From positions 764-64,763 of the forward strand of contig JBCFAO010000018.1 in the NCBI GenBank assembly GCA_038562165.1: 64,000 nucleotides of DNA, read 5' to 3'. Numbering within the stretch: position 1 is the stretch's first letter; each line of letters starts with the position of its first letter. The notes under the pieces are model-generated. The model was not told the DNA's origin, made no database searches, and was given only the letters and a program-made list of their open reading frames with translations. Position numbers and translations under genes: made by a program. This DNA comes from Clostridiales bacterium. Its GTDB lineage: Bacteria; Bacillota; Peptococcia; DRI-13; UBA5745. Positions 44,995-55,192 of this stretch are shown piece after piece.

Positions 44995-46982
44995 TCCTCG
45001 TTACCTCCCTGGCTTTGGCTCTCTTGTCCCTGAGATGAAGAGGGCTCCTGCTGCCGGGCAGCTTCCGGTTCGCCGTCTTTAGCCAGCGACTGGGCTTTTT
45101 CCAGTTCGTCTTCCTCCGCCCATTTCTTTTCCAGGGCTCCCCAGTGGGGCTCCGGTTTCTTCAGGTTGGCGGCGGCAAAGATAGCCTTAACCTCCTCGGC
45201 ATTGAGGGTTTCTTTTTCCATGAGGGATCTGGCTAAAGTATGCAGAACCTCAATATTTTCTTTTAAGATGGTTTCGGCCTCTTGATAGCATTCGTTCATC
45301 AACCGCCGGGCTTCCTTATCGATAGCTTCCGCCACCGCTTCGGAATAATCCCGGTTTTGGGAGAAATCCCGGCCCAGGAAAACCTGCTCCTGCTTGGCTC
45401 CGTAAGTCAGGGGCCCCAGAGCCTCCGACATGCCGTACTCCGTAATCATCTTGCGAATAACCTTCGAGGCCCGCTCCAAGTCGTTGGTAGCGCCGGTACT
45501 GATTTCCTCCAGCACCAGGCTTTCAGCGATACGTCCGCCCAGCAAGGTCTTGACGTCATCCAGAAGCTTGCCCCGGGGAATATAATTCGTATCCCGGTCC
45601 GGCAGCATCAGGGTATAGCCCCCGGCCCGGCCTCTGGGTACGATGGATACTTTATGGATGGGATCGGTATGAGCCAAAAGGGCGGCTACCAGAGTATGGC
45701 CGGATTCGTGGTAAGCCACCAGGCGCTGGTCATAAGCCGTGACCTTCCGGGATTTTTTTTCGGGGCCGGCGATGGTCCGCTCAATGGCCTCCTCCAATTC
45801 GGTCATGGAAACCTTTTTCTTGTTGCGGCGGGCAGCCAAAAGAGCCGCCTCGTTCATCAAATTGGCCAAATCGGCGCCGGTAAAGCCGGGGGTGCGCTTA
45901 GCCAATACTTCCAGGTCCACTCCTTCTTCCAAGGGCTTGCCCTTGCTGTGAACCTTGAGGATGGCCTTGCGTCCGTCCAGATCGGGAGCATCCACCACTA
46001 CCTGCCGGTCAAAACGGCCGGGCCGCAGCAGGGCCGGATCCAAAATATCCGGGCGGTTGGTGGCGGCAATAATAATAATGCTTTCGTTGACAGTGAAGCC
46101 GTCCATTTCCACCAGCAACTGATTTAATGTCTGCTCTCTTTCGTCATGGCCGCCGCCTAAGCCGGCGCCTCTTTGACGGCCCACAGCATCGATTTCGTCG
46201 ATAAACACGATACAGGGACTGTTTTTCTTGGCTTGGTCAAACAGGTCCCGGACCCGGGAAGCGCCCACACCTACAAACATTTCGACGAAGTCGGAACCGC
46301 TGATGCTGAAGAAGGGCACACCCGCCTCTCCGGCCAAAGCTCTGGCCAGCAAGGTTTTGCCGGTACCCGGCATACCGATGAGCAGTACGCCCTTGGGGAT
46401 TTTTGCGCCGATGGCGATAAATTTATCCGGGTTTTTCAGGAAGTCCACTACTTCCTGAAGCTCTTCTTTGACCTCGCCGATGCCGGCTACGTCGGCAAAG
46501 GTAATGCGCTTTTTGTCATAAGTCTGCAATTTAGCCCTGCTTTTGCCAAACTGCATGGCCTTGCCGCCGCTTTGGGTCTGCTGCAGCATAAAAAACATCA
46601 GAGCAACCAATAAGATCATCGGTACAAAATTCAGCAAAAAGCTGAACACCACATTTTGGGGTACCGGCTTCTGATAAAAAGGGATGTTTTTTTCTTTGAT
46701 CAGCTCGGTAAGCTGGTCATCGGAGGGCGGACCCATAAGCTCAAAAACTATGCCGCCTTCCAGGGTGCCTTTAATTTCCTTGACGTCGGATTTTTGCACC
46801 ACATCAAGAGAAGTCACCTTCCCCTGCCGCAGAGCCTGAATAAATAAATTGTAGTCACCTTTAAAAGGATCAGGGTCCGCTTCCTTAGTGCCAAAACTAT
46901 TCATAAAAGACAAAGCCAAAACAACAATCAGCGAAAATAATGCTAAATTTCTTAACGCTGCATTACGGTATGAACGATTCAC
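44991..46982 (-). CDS. ftsH: ATP-dependent zinc metalloprotease FtsH
   Basis: Walker [15 protein letters not shown] region, HESGH zinc site. GTG start at 46982 has GGAGGAGG 6 nt upstream; the ORF reaches 47036. Confidence 0.95.
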   Translation of the reverse strand: MNRSYRNAALRNLALFSLIVVLALSFMNSFGTKEADPDPFKGDYNLFIQALRQGKVTSLDVVQKSDVKEIKGTLEGGIVFELMGPPSDDQLTELIKEKNIPFYQKPVPQNVVFSFLLNFVPMILLVALMFFMLQQTQSGGKAMQFGKSRAKLQTYDKKRITFADVAGIGEVKEELQEVVDFLKNPDKFIAIGAKIPKGVLLIGMPGTGKTLLARALAGEAGVPFFSISGSDFVEMFVGVGASRVRDLFDQAKKNSPCIVFIDEIDAVGRQRGAGLGGGHDEREQTLNQLLVEMDGFTVNESIIIIAATNRPDILDPALLRPGRFDRQVVVDAPDLDGRKAILKVHSKGKPLEEGVDLEVLAKRTPGFTGADLANLMNEAALLAARRNKKKVSMTELEEAIERTIAGPEKKSRKVTAYDQRLVAYHESGHTLVAALLAHTDPIHKVSIVPRGRAGGYTLMLPDRDTNYIPRGKLLDDVKTLLGGRIAESLVLEEISTGATNDLERASKVIRKMITEYGMSEALGPLTYGAKQEQVFLGRDFSQNRDYSEAVAEAIDKEARRLMNECYQEAETILKENIEVLHTLARSLMEKETLNAEEVKAIFAAANLKKPEPHWGALEKKWAEEDELEKAQSLAKDGEPEAARQQEPSSSQGQESQSQGGNEE

Positions 46983-47104
46983 TCTTAGCCTCCTCCCGGC
47001 TTTATTTATGTTTGCCCATAAGCACAGATCGTGCACTTTTTTCCATTAGGAATATGCGTCTGATACAACGCATTTTATAATGATATCACGATTGTTTTTA
47101 TTTT

Positions 47105-48568
47105 TCAACTTAAGTAAAAGATATATTGTAAAGGATTCTTATTTTTTCCACAGGCTTTTTCTCCTTCATTAATTCCTTGATCAAAGGGCCCCAAAGCCTT
47201 GATTAAGCCGGGCACCCAAAGCACTTGGGAGCCCCAGGCCAAAAGAGGTAAAAACTCCCGCATTTCCCGGGGTATTTTTTTTTCATTATAAAGCTCTTTG
47301 AGTTTTTTGCGTCCGTAAGGCAGTAAAAGCCAATCGCCGGGCCGGCGGCGGCGCAGCAAAGGCCAGCCTTGATCCGGCGGCCAGCAGCAGATGTATTTGT
47401 CAAGGATTCTTTCCGGCAAAACACAACCGCTATGGCCGGGCTCCCCCCGGCGGCAAACAGCTATTGCCGCCCTGCCGCCGGCAATAGCCAAGGGTCTGCC
47501 GGGGAGGATGGACTGCTCCCGGAACCCCGGCAGCCTCTCCTTTTTCGTCTCTTCTTTTGTCTTTTCTAATATAAGGCAATCTTTTTCCCGCCTGACCCGC
47601 AAACCGCCGGCGGCCTCCGCCCGGGCCCCGTTTCTGCCGGCGGCAGCCAAATCATAGATCCGCTGGATAGCGGCATAATCCGTTTCTTTATCCAGCCATA
47701 AACGCAAAACCCGCCGGGTCAATACCGGGTCCAGCGCCAACAAAGCCTTGATATCCAGCCCCTTTTTCCTTTCAGAAGCGGGATCAAAACCTGCTAAAAG
47801 CTCCAGAATTCCCGGGTTCTCCAGAGGATGCAGCATTTTTTCCAAAGCTTGGGCCGCCAGACCGTCTAAAAAACGGTCCTCCTGGCGCACCAGCTCCGTT
47901 AGCCTGCTGACGGCAGCGCCGAACCGGGGATTGCACTCCTTCAATACAGGAATCACCTGGCGGCGCAGACGGTTGCGCAAATAGGCCTGATCTTCATTGC
48001 TGCTGTCCTGCCGGGCCACTAAGCCCAGTTCCGCCACATAATCCAGTATTTCCCGGCGGCTCACTTCCAACAATGGCCGGATATAGGGCGGCCGTACGGG
48101 CCAGATGCCCCCCAGGCCCCGCAGACCGGAACCGTTTATCATATGAATTAGTACTGTTTCCGCCTGATCATCCCGGTGGTGGCCCAGGGCGATGACCTGC
48201 CCCTCCCAATCTTGCAGCGTTTCCTCCAGAAAAATACGGCGGGCTTTGCGGGCCGCTGCCTCCGGCGACTGACCGGTTTTCACTTCTTTATGGCCGGGCC
48301 AGTAGCCCCGAAAAAAGGGCACCTCCTGCCGGCGGCAAAAATCCTCAGCCCAATCGGCATCCTGCCGGGAAGCTTCCCCCCGTAAGCCGTGATCCAGATG
48401 AGCGCAGGCCAGTTCCAGGCTCCATTCTGCTTTTATTGCTAAAAATGCGCACAACAAAGCCAGGGAATCGGGGCCTCCTGAAAAAGCCACCAATACCCGG
48501 CTGCCTTTTTTAACCATCTGATAATGCAGCAGAGTTTCTGCCATTTTTTTAGGTAAAGCTGTGGGCAA
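47105..48568 (-). CDS. tilS: tRNA lysidine(34) synthetase TilS
   Basis: PP-loop VAFSGGPDSLAL. 487 aa. Confidence 0.9.
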   Translation of the reverse strand: MPTALPKKMAETLLHYQMVKKGSRVLVAFSGGPDSLALLCAFLAIKAEWSLELACAHLDHGLRGEASRQDADWAEDFCRRQEVPFFRGYWPGHKEVKTGQSPEAAARKARRIFLEETLQDWEGQVIALGHHRDDQAETVLIHMINGSGLRGLGGIWPVRPPYIRPLLEVSRREILDYVAELGLVARQDSSNEDQAYLRNRLRRQVIPVLKECNPRFGAAVSRLTELVRQEDRFLDGLAAQALEKMLHPLENPGILELLAGFDPASERKKGLDIKALLALDPVLTRRVLRLWLDKETDYAAIQRIYDLAAAGRNGARAEAAGGLRVRREKDCLILEKTKEETKKERLPGFREQSILPGRPLAIAGGRAAIAVCRRGEPGHSGCVLPERILDKYICCWPPDQGWPLLRRRRPGDWLLLPYGRKKLKELYNEKKIPREMREFLPLLAWGSQVLWVPGLIKALGPFDQGINEGEKACGKNKNPLQYIFYLS

Positions 48569-48631
48569 ACGGTCCTCCCGGCTACGGAAGCATTTGGCGT
48601 CCGGTTGCTAAAATCCTACCAATTTCTTCAA

Positions 48632-48910
48632 CTAACGGCGGATCAGCGATCTTACCGATTCATTATAGGCTTTAGCCACATTATAATAACCGCTATTGGC
48701 CAATTCTGCTACTACAAAATAATGGATGTCTTTTGCGTGGACCTGGTCCGTATAGTACCGGCTGATCCTGTCTACTATGCCTTTAACTATAATGCGAATA
48801 TTCCCTGAGCTCATGGGCTCGCCAATTTCATCGGAGGTGGTCTCCAGAGAAGCTCGTATCTTATCTTCGTTAAATTCTTGAGTTGAACCGTCCCTCTTTA
48901 ATACAATCAC
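48632..48910 (-). CDS. stand-alone ATP-cone domain protein
   Basis: (M)IVLKRDGSTQEFNEDKIRASL...AKAYNESVRSL fits the ATP-cone pattern. The GTG at 48910 has AAGGAGG 8 nt upstream; the ORF-track start at 48928 lies inside that Shine-Dalgarno. Confidence 0.65.
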   Translation of the reverse strand: MIVLKRDGSTQEFNEDKIRASLETTSDEIGEPMSSGNIRIIVKGIVDRISRYYTDQVHAKDIHYFVVAELANSGYYNVAKAYNESVRSLIRR

Positions 48911-49069
48911 GGAAGCTGCCTCCTTCAATATCGCCTTTTGCCCTATTATAACGCCTCCCGGACAAATTTAAAAGAGGAAGTTGCCAATATCGCCATTTGA
49001 TTTCCTGGACAGCCATGATATAATTTTATGATAGATGATAGGTTAAGGCGAATATATTATCTATGAGGA

Positions 49070-49471
49070 GTGTTTGACTTGCAGCAGTTCCGAAAATTCA
49101 TGGAGGGCAGAAATGGCTCAGATCAGCTCTTGTTTGCTCTCTTAATCATTTACTGGCCCTTTTCTTTGGCGGCCCGTTTCACCGGTATCAGGATTTTTGA
49201 TTCTCTGGCCTTAGCTTGCCTGGTTTTTGCCATATTCCGTTTCTTATCAAAAAACAAAGACCGGCGCCAGGCGGAAAACCGGCAATTCCTTCAGCTTTGG
49301 CAGCCTTTTGCCCGTTGGGGCGGCCAGTACCTGCGCCGGATCAGGGAGTTCAAAACCCATCGCTACTTTAAGTGCCCCGGCTGCAACCAGACCCTGCGGT
49401 TGCCGGCAGGCAAGGGCAAAATTACCATCCGCTGCCCCAAATGCGATACTACCTTTGATAAACGAACCTAG
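49070..49471 (+). CDS. membrane protein with C-terminal zinc ribbon
   Basis: Two hydrophobic helices, then CPGC..(17)..CPKC. The start is ambiguous: GTG 49070, TTG 49079 (8 nt after GAGGAG) or ATG 49100. Confidence 0.5.
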   Translation: MFDLQQFRKFMEGRNGSDQLLFALLIIYWPFSLAARFTGIRIFDSLALACLVFAIFRFLSKNKDRRQAENRQFLQLWQPFARWGGQYLRRIREFKTHRYFKCPGCNQTLRLPAGKGKITIRCPKCDTTFDKRT

Positions 49472-49561
49472 AAGAGGTCCGGGGGCTTAATTAATACAAA
49501 ACCGTCATAGCATTATGGAGCAAACAATCAAAAGCACAGAGAAATGTAAGGAGGCTTTCCT

Positions 49562-50662
49562 ATGAATAGCAAACAAAAATGGCAGGTGGGCATCGTCGGC
49601 GCTACCGGCATGGTAGGTCAGCGACTGATTCTCTTATTAAAGGATCACCCTTGGTTCCAGCTGAGCCTTTTGGCGGCCAGCGGCCGTTCCGCCGGCAAAA
49701 CCTACATGGAAGCGGCCGGTCACCGCTGGTTTATGGATGAACCCATTCCCGAAGCCGTCAAAGACATGAAGCTTTACGACGGTGAAAAAGACATCAAAGC
49801 CATTGCCGGTCAGGTGGACTTTGTCTTTTGTGCCGTGGAAATGGACAAAAAAGCCTTACAGGTCTTGGAAGAGGCTTATGCCAAGGCGGAATGCCCCGTT
49901 CTGTCCAACAACAGCGCCCACCGCTGGACCGCCGATGTACCTATGATTATTCCGGAGCTGAATCCGGATCACGCCCAAGTAATTCCCCAGCAGCAGCAGC
50001 GCCTTGGCTCCGTTCACGGCTTCATCGCCGTTAAATCCAACTGCTCCTTGCAAAGCTACCTGCCGGCTCTCTGGCCCCTCCATGAGAAATTCGGCCTGAC
50101 GAAAGCCCTGGCCTGTACTTATCAGGCTATTTCCGGCGCCGGCAAGAACTTCCACACCTGGCCGGAGATGGTGGACAATATCAATCCTCTGATCAAAGGC
50201 GAAGAGGAAAAAAGCGAGCAGGAACCCCTGAAAATTTGGGGCAAAGTCACTCCTCAAGGCATCCTGCCGGCTGCCGGCCCTTCCCTCACCTCCCAATGCC
50301 TGCGGGTACCCGTCACCGACGGCCATATGGCGGCAGTCTTCGCCTCCTTCGAAAAGAAACCGGACATTGATGAAATCAAAAAAATCTGGTCTGATTTTGC
50401 GGGCTTGCCCCAGCAGCTCAAGCTGCCCTCGGCTCCCCGGCAATTCCTCTATTATTTTGAGGAGGAAGACCGGCCCCAGACCCGTCTGGACCGTGACCGG
50501 GAAAAAGGCATGGGCGTATCCATCGGCCGGCTCAGACCCGACAGCCAATACGACATCAAGTTCGTCTGCCTGTCCCACAATACCCTGCGGGGAGCCGCCG
50601 GCGGCAATCTGCTTTTGGCGGAGCTCCTTTGCCAGCAAGGCTACATAAGACAAAACAGATAG
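49562..50662 (+). CDS. asd: aspartate-semialdehyde dehydrogenase
   Basis: N-terminal VGIVGATGMVGQ NAD(P) fold and active-site SNCS. Confidence 0.9.
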   Translation: MNSKQKWQVGIVGATGMVGQRLILLLKDHPWFQLSLLAASGRSAGKTYMEAAGHRWFMDEPIPEAVKDMKLYDGEKDIKAIAGQVDFVFCAVEMDKKALQVLEEAYAKAECPVLSNNSAHRWTADVPMIIPELNPDHAQVIPQQQQRLGSVHGFIAVKSNCSLQSYLPALWPLHEKFGLTKALACTYQAISGAGKNFHTWPEMVDNINPLIKGEEEKSEQEPLKIWGKVTPQGILPAAGPSLTSQCLRVPVTDGHMAAVFASFEKKPDIDEIKKIWSDFAGLPQQLKLPSAPRQFLYYFEEEDRPQTRLDRDREKGMGVSIGRLRPDSQYDIKFVCLSHNTLRGAAGGNLLLAELLCQQGYIRQNR

Positions 50663-50668
50663 CATAAC

Positions 50669-50710
50669 AAGAAACGGTATAATGCCCTCAGCGAGCTTAT
50701 ACCGTTTCTT
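50669..50710. terminator. bidirectional terminator hairpin between asd and glxK
   Basis: AAGAAACGGTATAA-14 nt-TTATACCGTTTCTT. Confidence 0.75.
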
Positions 50711-50727
50711 TATGCCTTTTTATGCCC

Positions 50728-51885
50728 TTACTTGCCTGACCGGCCAAGCTGCAGGCCCAGTGCAACGGCCCGCAGCAGCCGCTGGGCGGCGGCACAGACC
50801 ATATCCTCAGCCTCGGCCATAGCCTGATCCAGAGTCATGGGAGAGCAGACCGCCGCCTCGGCGGCCGCAATTCCGGCGGCATAGACAGCTTCAAGATCCC
50901 GGGCCAGAGAACCGGCCAGAGCCACCACGGGCACACCAAGCTCTCCGGCTTTGCGGGCAATGCCCGCCGGGGTTTTGCCAAAGGCCGACTGCCCATCCAG
51001 CCTGCCCTCCCCGGTAATGACCAAGTCCGTCTGACGAAGTTTTTCTTCAAAGCCGGCGGCGGCAAGCAGAAAATCGATACCGGGATAGAGCTTGGCTTTT
51101 GTAAAAGCCATCAAGCCAAAACCCAGACCGCCGGCGGCGCCGGCGCCGGGTACTTCAGCCAAGTCCTGGCCCAGACAGTCTTTAACGAGAGCCGCCAGGC
51201 GGGCCAGGCCGGAGTCCAGCAAAATGATTTCTTCCTGGCCTGCTCCTTTCTGGGATCCGTAAACTTGAGCCGCTCCCTGCCTGCCGCAAAGGGGATTGGT
51301 CACATCGCAGAGCACTATAATTTCCGCTGCCAGAATTCTGGAATCCAAAGAGGATATGTCTATCCGGCTGATCCGGGCTAAATCCCGGCCCCCGGCCCCC
51401 GGCTCCAGCATCTGCTCCTGGGCATCAAAAAAACGGATGCCTAAAGCCTGAGCCATTCCCAGGCCGCCGTCATTGGTAGCCGAACCGCCGATGCCCACAT
51501 ATAGCCTCCGGCAGCCTTGATCCAGGGCCGCCAGCATTAGCTCTCCGGTGCCGTAGGTGCTGGCGGCCATGATGTCCAATTGATCCGCGGACAGCAGAGT
51601 AAGACCGGAAGCGGAGGCCATATCGATGACAGCGGCGCCGTCAGGCAAAACACCGTAAGCCGCCTCCACTTTTTTGCCCAAAGGGCCGCTGACTACAGCC
51701 CGGCACAGCCTGCCTTCCAAGGCCTGGGTTAAAGTCCGGGCCGTGCCTTCCCCGCCGTCGGCAATAGGCAGGCAAACAATTTCGGCGGCGGGAAATACCC
51801 GCAGCGCCCCCCGGGCTATGGCTGCCGCAGCTTCGCTGCTGCTGAGGCTGCCTTTAAAAGAATCGCAAGCAATCATGATACGCAT
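50728..51885 (-). CDS. glxK: glycerate kinase
   Basis: MRIMIACDSFKGSLSS.., IADGGEGT, GIGGSATNDGG. I chose the start at Met 49 of the long ORF. The upstream 144 nt of that ORF is the 11-bp repeat tract. Confidence 0.9.
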   Translation of the reverse strand: MRIMIACDSFKGSLSSSEAAAAIARGALRVFPAAEIVCLPIADGGEGTARTLTQALEGRLCRAVVSGPLGKKVEAAYGVLPDGAAVIDMASASGLTLLSADQLDIMAASTYGTGELMLAALDQGCRRLYVGIGGSATNDGGLGMAQALGIRFFDAQEQMLEPGAGGRDLARISRIDISSLDSRILAAEIIVLCDVTNPLCGRQGAAQVYGSQKGAGQEEIILLDSGLARLAALVKDCLGQDLAEVPGAGAAGGLGFGLMAFTKAKLYPGIDFLLAAAGFEEKLRQTDLVITGEGRLDGQSAFGKTPAGIARKAGELGVPVVALAGSLARDLEAVYAAGIAAAEAAVCSPMTLDQAMAEAEDMVCAAAQRLLRAVALGLQLGRSGK

Positions 51886-51895
51886 AGGCCTTTTA

Positions 51896-51960
51896 TCTCC
51901 TGTTTCCTGTCTTTTTCCTGTCTGTTTCCTGTCTGTTTCCTGTCTGTTTCCTATCTTTAC
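51896..51960 (-). repeat. 11-bp tandem repeat (about 6 units, mRNA sense GAAACAGACAG) in the glxK 5' leader
   Basis: mRNA sense: GAUAG GAAACAGACAG x3, GAAAAAGACAG, GAAACAGGAG, AUAAAAGGCCU, AUG. The last unit merges into the Shine-Dalgarno. Confidence 0.9.
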
Positions 51961-52058
51961 CCTTTTTTCCTCATCCTGCATCCTTAGGATACCAGAGTCA
52001 ATCTTTATTGTTAACTGCTTTCTTCGCAAAACCTATGGCAAAGCAAAGCCTTCTCAGT

Positions 52059-52093
52059 AAAAAAGATGCTGCCGCGAATTTGCGGCAGCATCT
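52059..52093 (-). terminator. intrinsic terminator after the ABC ATPase gene
   Basis: AGATGCTGCCGC-6 nt-GCGGCAGCATCT followed by TTTTTT on the minus strand. Confidence 0.85.
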
Positions 52094-52097
52094 TTAC

Positions 52098-52892
52098 TTA
52101 TGAAAGAACCAGCTTGTCCTCGGCTTCGTCGGAGCCGCTGGCCCGGCTGAAGAGCTCCAGGAGCTTTTCAACGGTGAGCTTTTCCTTCTCCTCCCCGGAG
52201 ACATCCACGACGATCTGCCCTTCATAAAGCATAATCAAACGGTTGCCGTGCATAATAGCGTCCTTCATGTTGTGGGTGATCATCAAGGTGGTGAGCTTAT
52301 CCCGGTTAACGATGAGATCCGTGGTGTCCAGCACCTTGGCCGCCGTTTTGGGATCAAGGGCTGCCGTATGCTCGTCCAGCAGCAGGAGCCGGGGCTTTTT
52401 TATGGTGGCCATCAGCAAGGTCAAAGCCTGCCGCTGACCTCCGGAAAGCAAGCCCACCTTAGTGGTCAGCCGGTCCTCCAGGCCAAGGCCCAAAGAGGCC
52501 AGCAACTGACGGTATTGCCCCCGTTCTTTCTGGGAAATGCCCCAGCGCAGGCTGCGCTTTTGCCCCCGGCGCAGGGCCAGGGCCAAATTTTCTTCAATGC
52601 CCATACTGGCGGCGGTACCCATCATGGGGTCCTGAAAAACCCGGCCGATAAAAGCGGCCCGCTTATATTCCGGCAAACGGGTTACATCGTCGCCGCCAAT
52701 AAGGATACGCCCGCCGTCTACGGGAAAAACGCCTGCTACGGCATTGAGCATAGTAGATTTACCGGCGCCGTTGCCGCCGATAACCGTGACGAATTCTCCG
52801 TCTTTCAGGACAAGGGAAAGGCCTTTTAAAGCGATTTTTTCGTTAACCGTATTATGATTAAAGGTTTTGCTGATGTTTTGTATTTCAAGCAT
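52098..52892 (-). CDS. ABC transporter ATP-binding protein (COG1101-like)
   Basis: Walker A GGNGAGKST, signature LSGGQRQ, Walker B LLLLDE. The ATG at 52892 overlaps the permease stop by 8 bp. Confidence 0.9.
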   Translation of the reverse strand: MLEIQNISKTFNHNTVNEKIALKGLSLVLKDGEFVTVIGGNGAGKSTMLNAVAGVFPVDGGRILIGGDDVTRLPEYKRAAFIGRVFQDPMMGTAASMGIEENLALALRRGQKRSLRWGISQKERGQYRQLLASLGLGLEDRLTTKVGLLSGGQRQALTLLMATIKKPRLLLLDEHTAALDPKTAAKVLDTTDLIVNRDKLTTLMITHNMKDAIMHGNRLIMLYEGQIVVDVSGEEKEKLTVEKLLELFSRASGSDEAEDKLVLS

Positions 52893-53832
52893 CGCGGCGG
52901 CCTCCTTTCCTGGCGAAAGGCGCGGCCAGGGATTTCTTCCAATGGGGCACGGCAAGGAAGACTGCCACAATCAAGGCGGAAAGCAGCTTCAGGTTGTTGG
53001 GATCCAGCTTCAGCCAAAGAACGGCTTGAATAACTACGTAATATATGATTGCGCCTATAGCAATGCCAAGGAGACGCAGGGAAAAATTCCTGAAGATCTT
53101 GGCAAAGACCACCTCGCCGATAATGACGGCGGCCAAACCGATAACGATAGCCCCCCGGCCCATGTTGATGTCGGCAAAGCCCTGATATTGAGCCAGCAAG
53201 CCGCCGGAAAGGGCTACTAAACCATTGGAAAGCATCAGCCCCAGAACCTTGTTGAAGTCTGTGTTAATGCCCTGGGCCCGGGCCATATGCAGGTTTGTCC
53301 CCGTTGCCCGGATAGAGCAGCCCAGCTCGGTACCGAAAAACCAGTAAAGCAGCCCCACGATAACCAGCACAAAAAGCCCGGTTACCAAAATAGGCGACCA
53401 ATAAAAAGGCCGGGTACCTTTTAATACCTCTTGCAGATAGCGCAGGGATACCAAAAGGTCATAGTTGTTGACGTTAATCGCTTGATTGGGCTTGCCCATA
53501 ATGTTTAGGTTCACCGACCAAAGGCCTAGCTGGGTCAAGATTCCTGCCAGGATAGCCGAAATGCCGCAAAAGGTTTGAAAAAGGCCGGTAGCCAGGCCGG
53601 TGAGCATCCCTGCCAAAAATGCACAAAGAAGCGACAAGCCCACGTTATAGCCGCTTAAAAGCATGACAACGCAAACAGCGCCCCCTGTACAAAAAGAGCC
53701 GTCCACCGTAAGGTCGGCAATATTTAAGATACGGTAAGTGATATAGACGCCAATGGCCATGATCCCCCAGATAAGGCCCTGGGCCACAGCACCCGGGAGC
53801 TGGCTAAAGAGCTCCAGTGGATTAAGTGACAA
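52885..53832 (-). CDS. ABC transporter permease (COG4120-like)
   Basis: 315 aa, about 9 TM helices, adjacent to its ATPase and binding protein. Confidence 0.85.
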   Translation of the reverse strand: MSLNPLELFSQLPGAVAQGLIWGIMAIGVYITYRILNIADLTVDGSFCTGGAVCVVMLLSGYNVGLSLLCAFLAGMLTGLATGLFQTFCGISAILAGILTQLGLWSVNLNIMGKPNQAINVNNYDLLVSLRYLQEVLKGTRPFYWSPILVTGLFVLVIVGLLYWFFGTELGCSIRATGTNLHMARAQGINTDFNKVLGLMLSNGLVALSGGLLAQYQGFADINMGRGAIVIGLAAVIIGEVVFAKIFRNFSLRLLGIAIGAIIYYVVIQAVLWLKLDPNNLKLLSALIVAVFLAVPHWKKSLAAPFARKGGRRDA

Positions 53833-53923
53833 GCGCTCATCCCCCTAAATTAGATTGGTATAAATATAACAGAAGTGGCAGAAAAAATCTAGTTCTGCCA
53901 CTTCCGCTATTTTTCTTATGGAA

Positions 53924-54934
53924 TTATTCGGTTATGGCGGTGTAGCCCTCCGGCGGAGTAATGTTCAGGTCTGCAGCGATTTCTGCGTTATACATCTTCG
54001 TAAAGTTAGGCGCATATTCAATGGGCATAGCGGAAATATCCTCCTGGCCCGTCAAGACCCGGTAAGCCATTTCACCGGTGGCATAACCAAGATCATAGTA
54101 ATCGATGGAAAGTGCGGCGACACCGGCGCCGGCGCAGATGCCTTTTTCACCTGCGATGATAGGCACGCCTGCAGGACGGCTGATGCTGTCGATGATGCCT
54201 GTGTTGGAGGCTACGGTGTTGTCTGTGGGCAGATAAATAACGTCGCTGCTTGCTACTGCGGTAGTGGTAACCGCCGCCAGATCATTGGAATCGGAGAAGG
54301 AATAGAAAGTGGCGGTATAGCCCATTTCTTCCAGGAAGTTTTTCACCGTTTCCACCTGATAGAGGGAATTAGGTTCTCCCGAGCAGTAAAGCAGACCTAC
54401 GTTCTTGGCGTCGGGGAAAAATTCCTTAATCATGGCAGCCTGCTGATCCAGGGGAGCCAGGTCTGAGGTGCCCGATACGTTGCCGCCTACGGTGCCGTTA
54501 AAGTCTTTGATATCCAGTGCAACGCTGTATTCCGTAACGGAGGTGCCCAGAATGGGGATATCGGCAGTGGCCGCAGCAGCCGCCTGTAAGGCAGGAGTAG
54601 CGTTAGCCATAATCAGATCCACATTGGCGGAAACAAAGCTGTTGGCAATGGTGGCACAAGTAGCCGGATCACCTTGGGCATTTTGTTCGTTAAAAACAAC
54701 TTTATCCCCCAGCTTCTCGGTCAGAGCGTCCCGGAAGCCCTGGGTGGCGGCGTCTAATGCGTCATGCTGAATCAACTGGGAAATACCTACGGTATAGGTT
54801 TTTTCCTCACTGGGCTGGGATCCTGCCGGCTCAGTAGGGTTAGTGGGATTAGCAGCGCCGCCGCCGCAGGCGGTCAGAGAAAAGAGCAAGGCCAGACTGG
54901 CGGCCATAGCGATCAATTGGCGAGACTTCTTCAT
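53924..54934 (-). CDS. ABC transporter substrate-binding lipoprotein (COG2984 / ABC_sub_bind type)
   Basis: Lipobox LTACGG after MKKSRQLIAMAASLALLFS. I chose the start at Met 21 of the ORF. Confidence 0.85.
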   Translation of the reverse strand: MKKSRQLIAMAASLALLFSLTACGGGAANPTNPTEPAGSQPSEEKTYTVGISQLIQHDALDAATQGFRDALTEKLGDKVVFNEQNAQGDPATCATIANSFVSANVDLIMANATPALQAAAAATADIPILGTSVTEYSVALDIKDFNGTVGGNVSGTSDLAPLDQQAAMIKEFFPDAKNVGLLYCSGEPNSLYQVETVKNFLEEMGYTATFYSFSDSNDLAAVTTTAVASSDVIYLPTDNTVASNTGIIDSISRPAGVPIIAGEKGICAGAGVAALSIDYYDLGYATGEMAYRVLTGQEDISAMPIEYAPNFTKMYNAEIAADLNITPPEGYTAITE

Positions 54935-55140
54935 TTTTCGGCTTCCTTTCCTGTAAAAAATAAATTTCCTGTAAAAAAAAGGGTGTTTTATCACCTTAAA
55001 TCAATGGGATTAATTATAATCGTATCTGTATAAAAGTCAAGTCAAAATATCTGCCATTGCGGCATCTCTTCCCATATCTCGACATGGTTAAATGAGTCTC
55101 TGCTGCGATGGGGCCCCATTGGAGGAAGGTGCCTCTGCAG

Positions 55141-55176
55141 CAGAGAAAAACAGTCCCAAAGGACTGCTTTTCTCTG
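55141..55176 (-). terminator. intrinsic terminator after the toxin gene
   Basis: CAGAGAAAAGCAGTCC-tttg-GGACTGTTTTTCTCTG (minus strand). Confidence 0.7.
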
Positions 55177-55192
55177 TATTGTTACTGCTTGT

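Noticed and set aside
50728-52029. Long version of the glycerate kinase ORF with a 48-aa N-terminal extension
   Set aside because: The extension is the translated 11-bp tandem repeat. Canonical GlxK begins at MRIMIACDSFKG, and an AGGAG RBS precedes that ATG.
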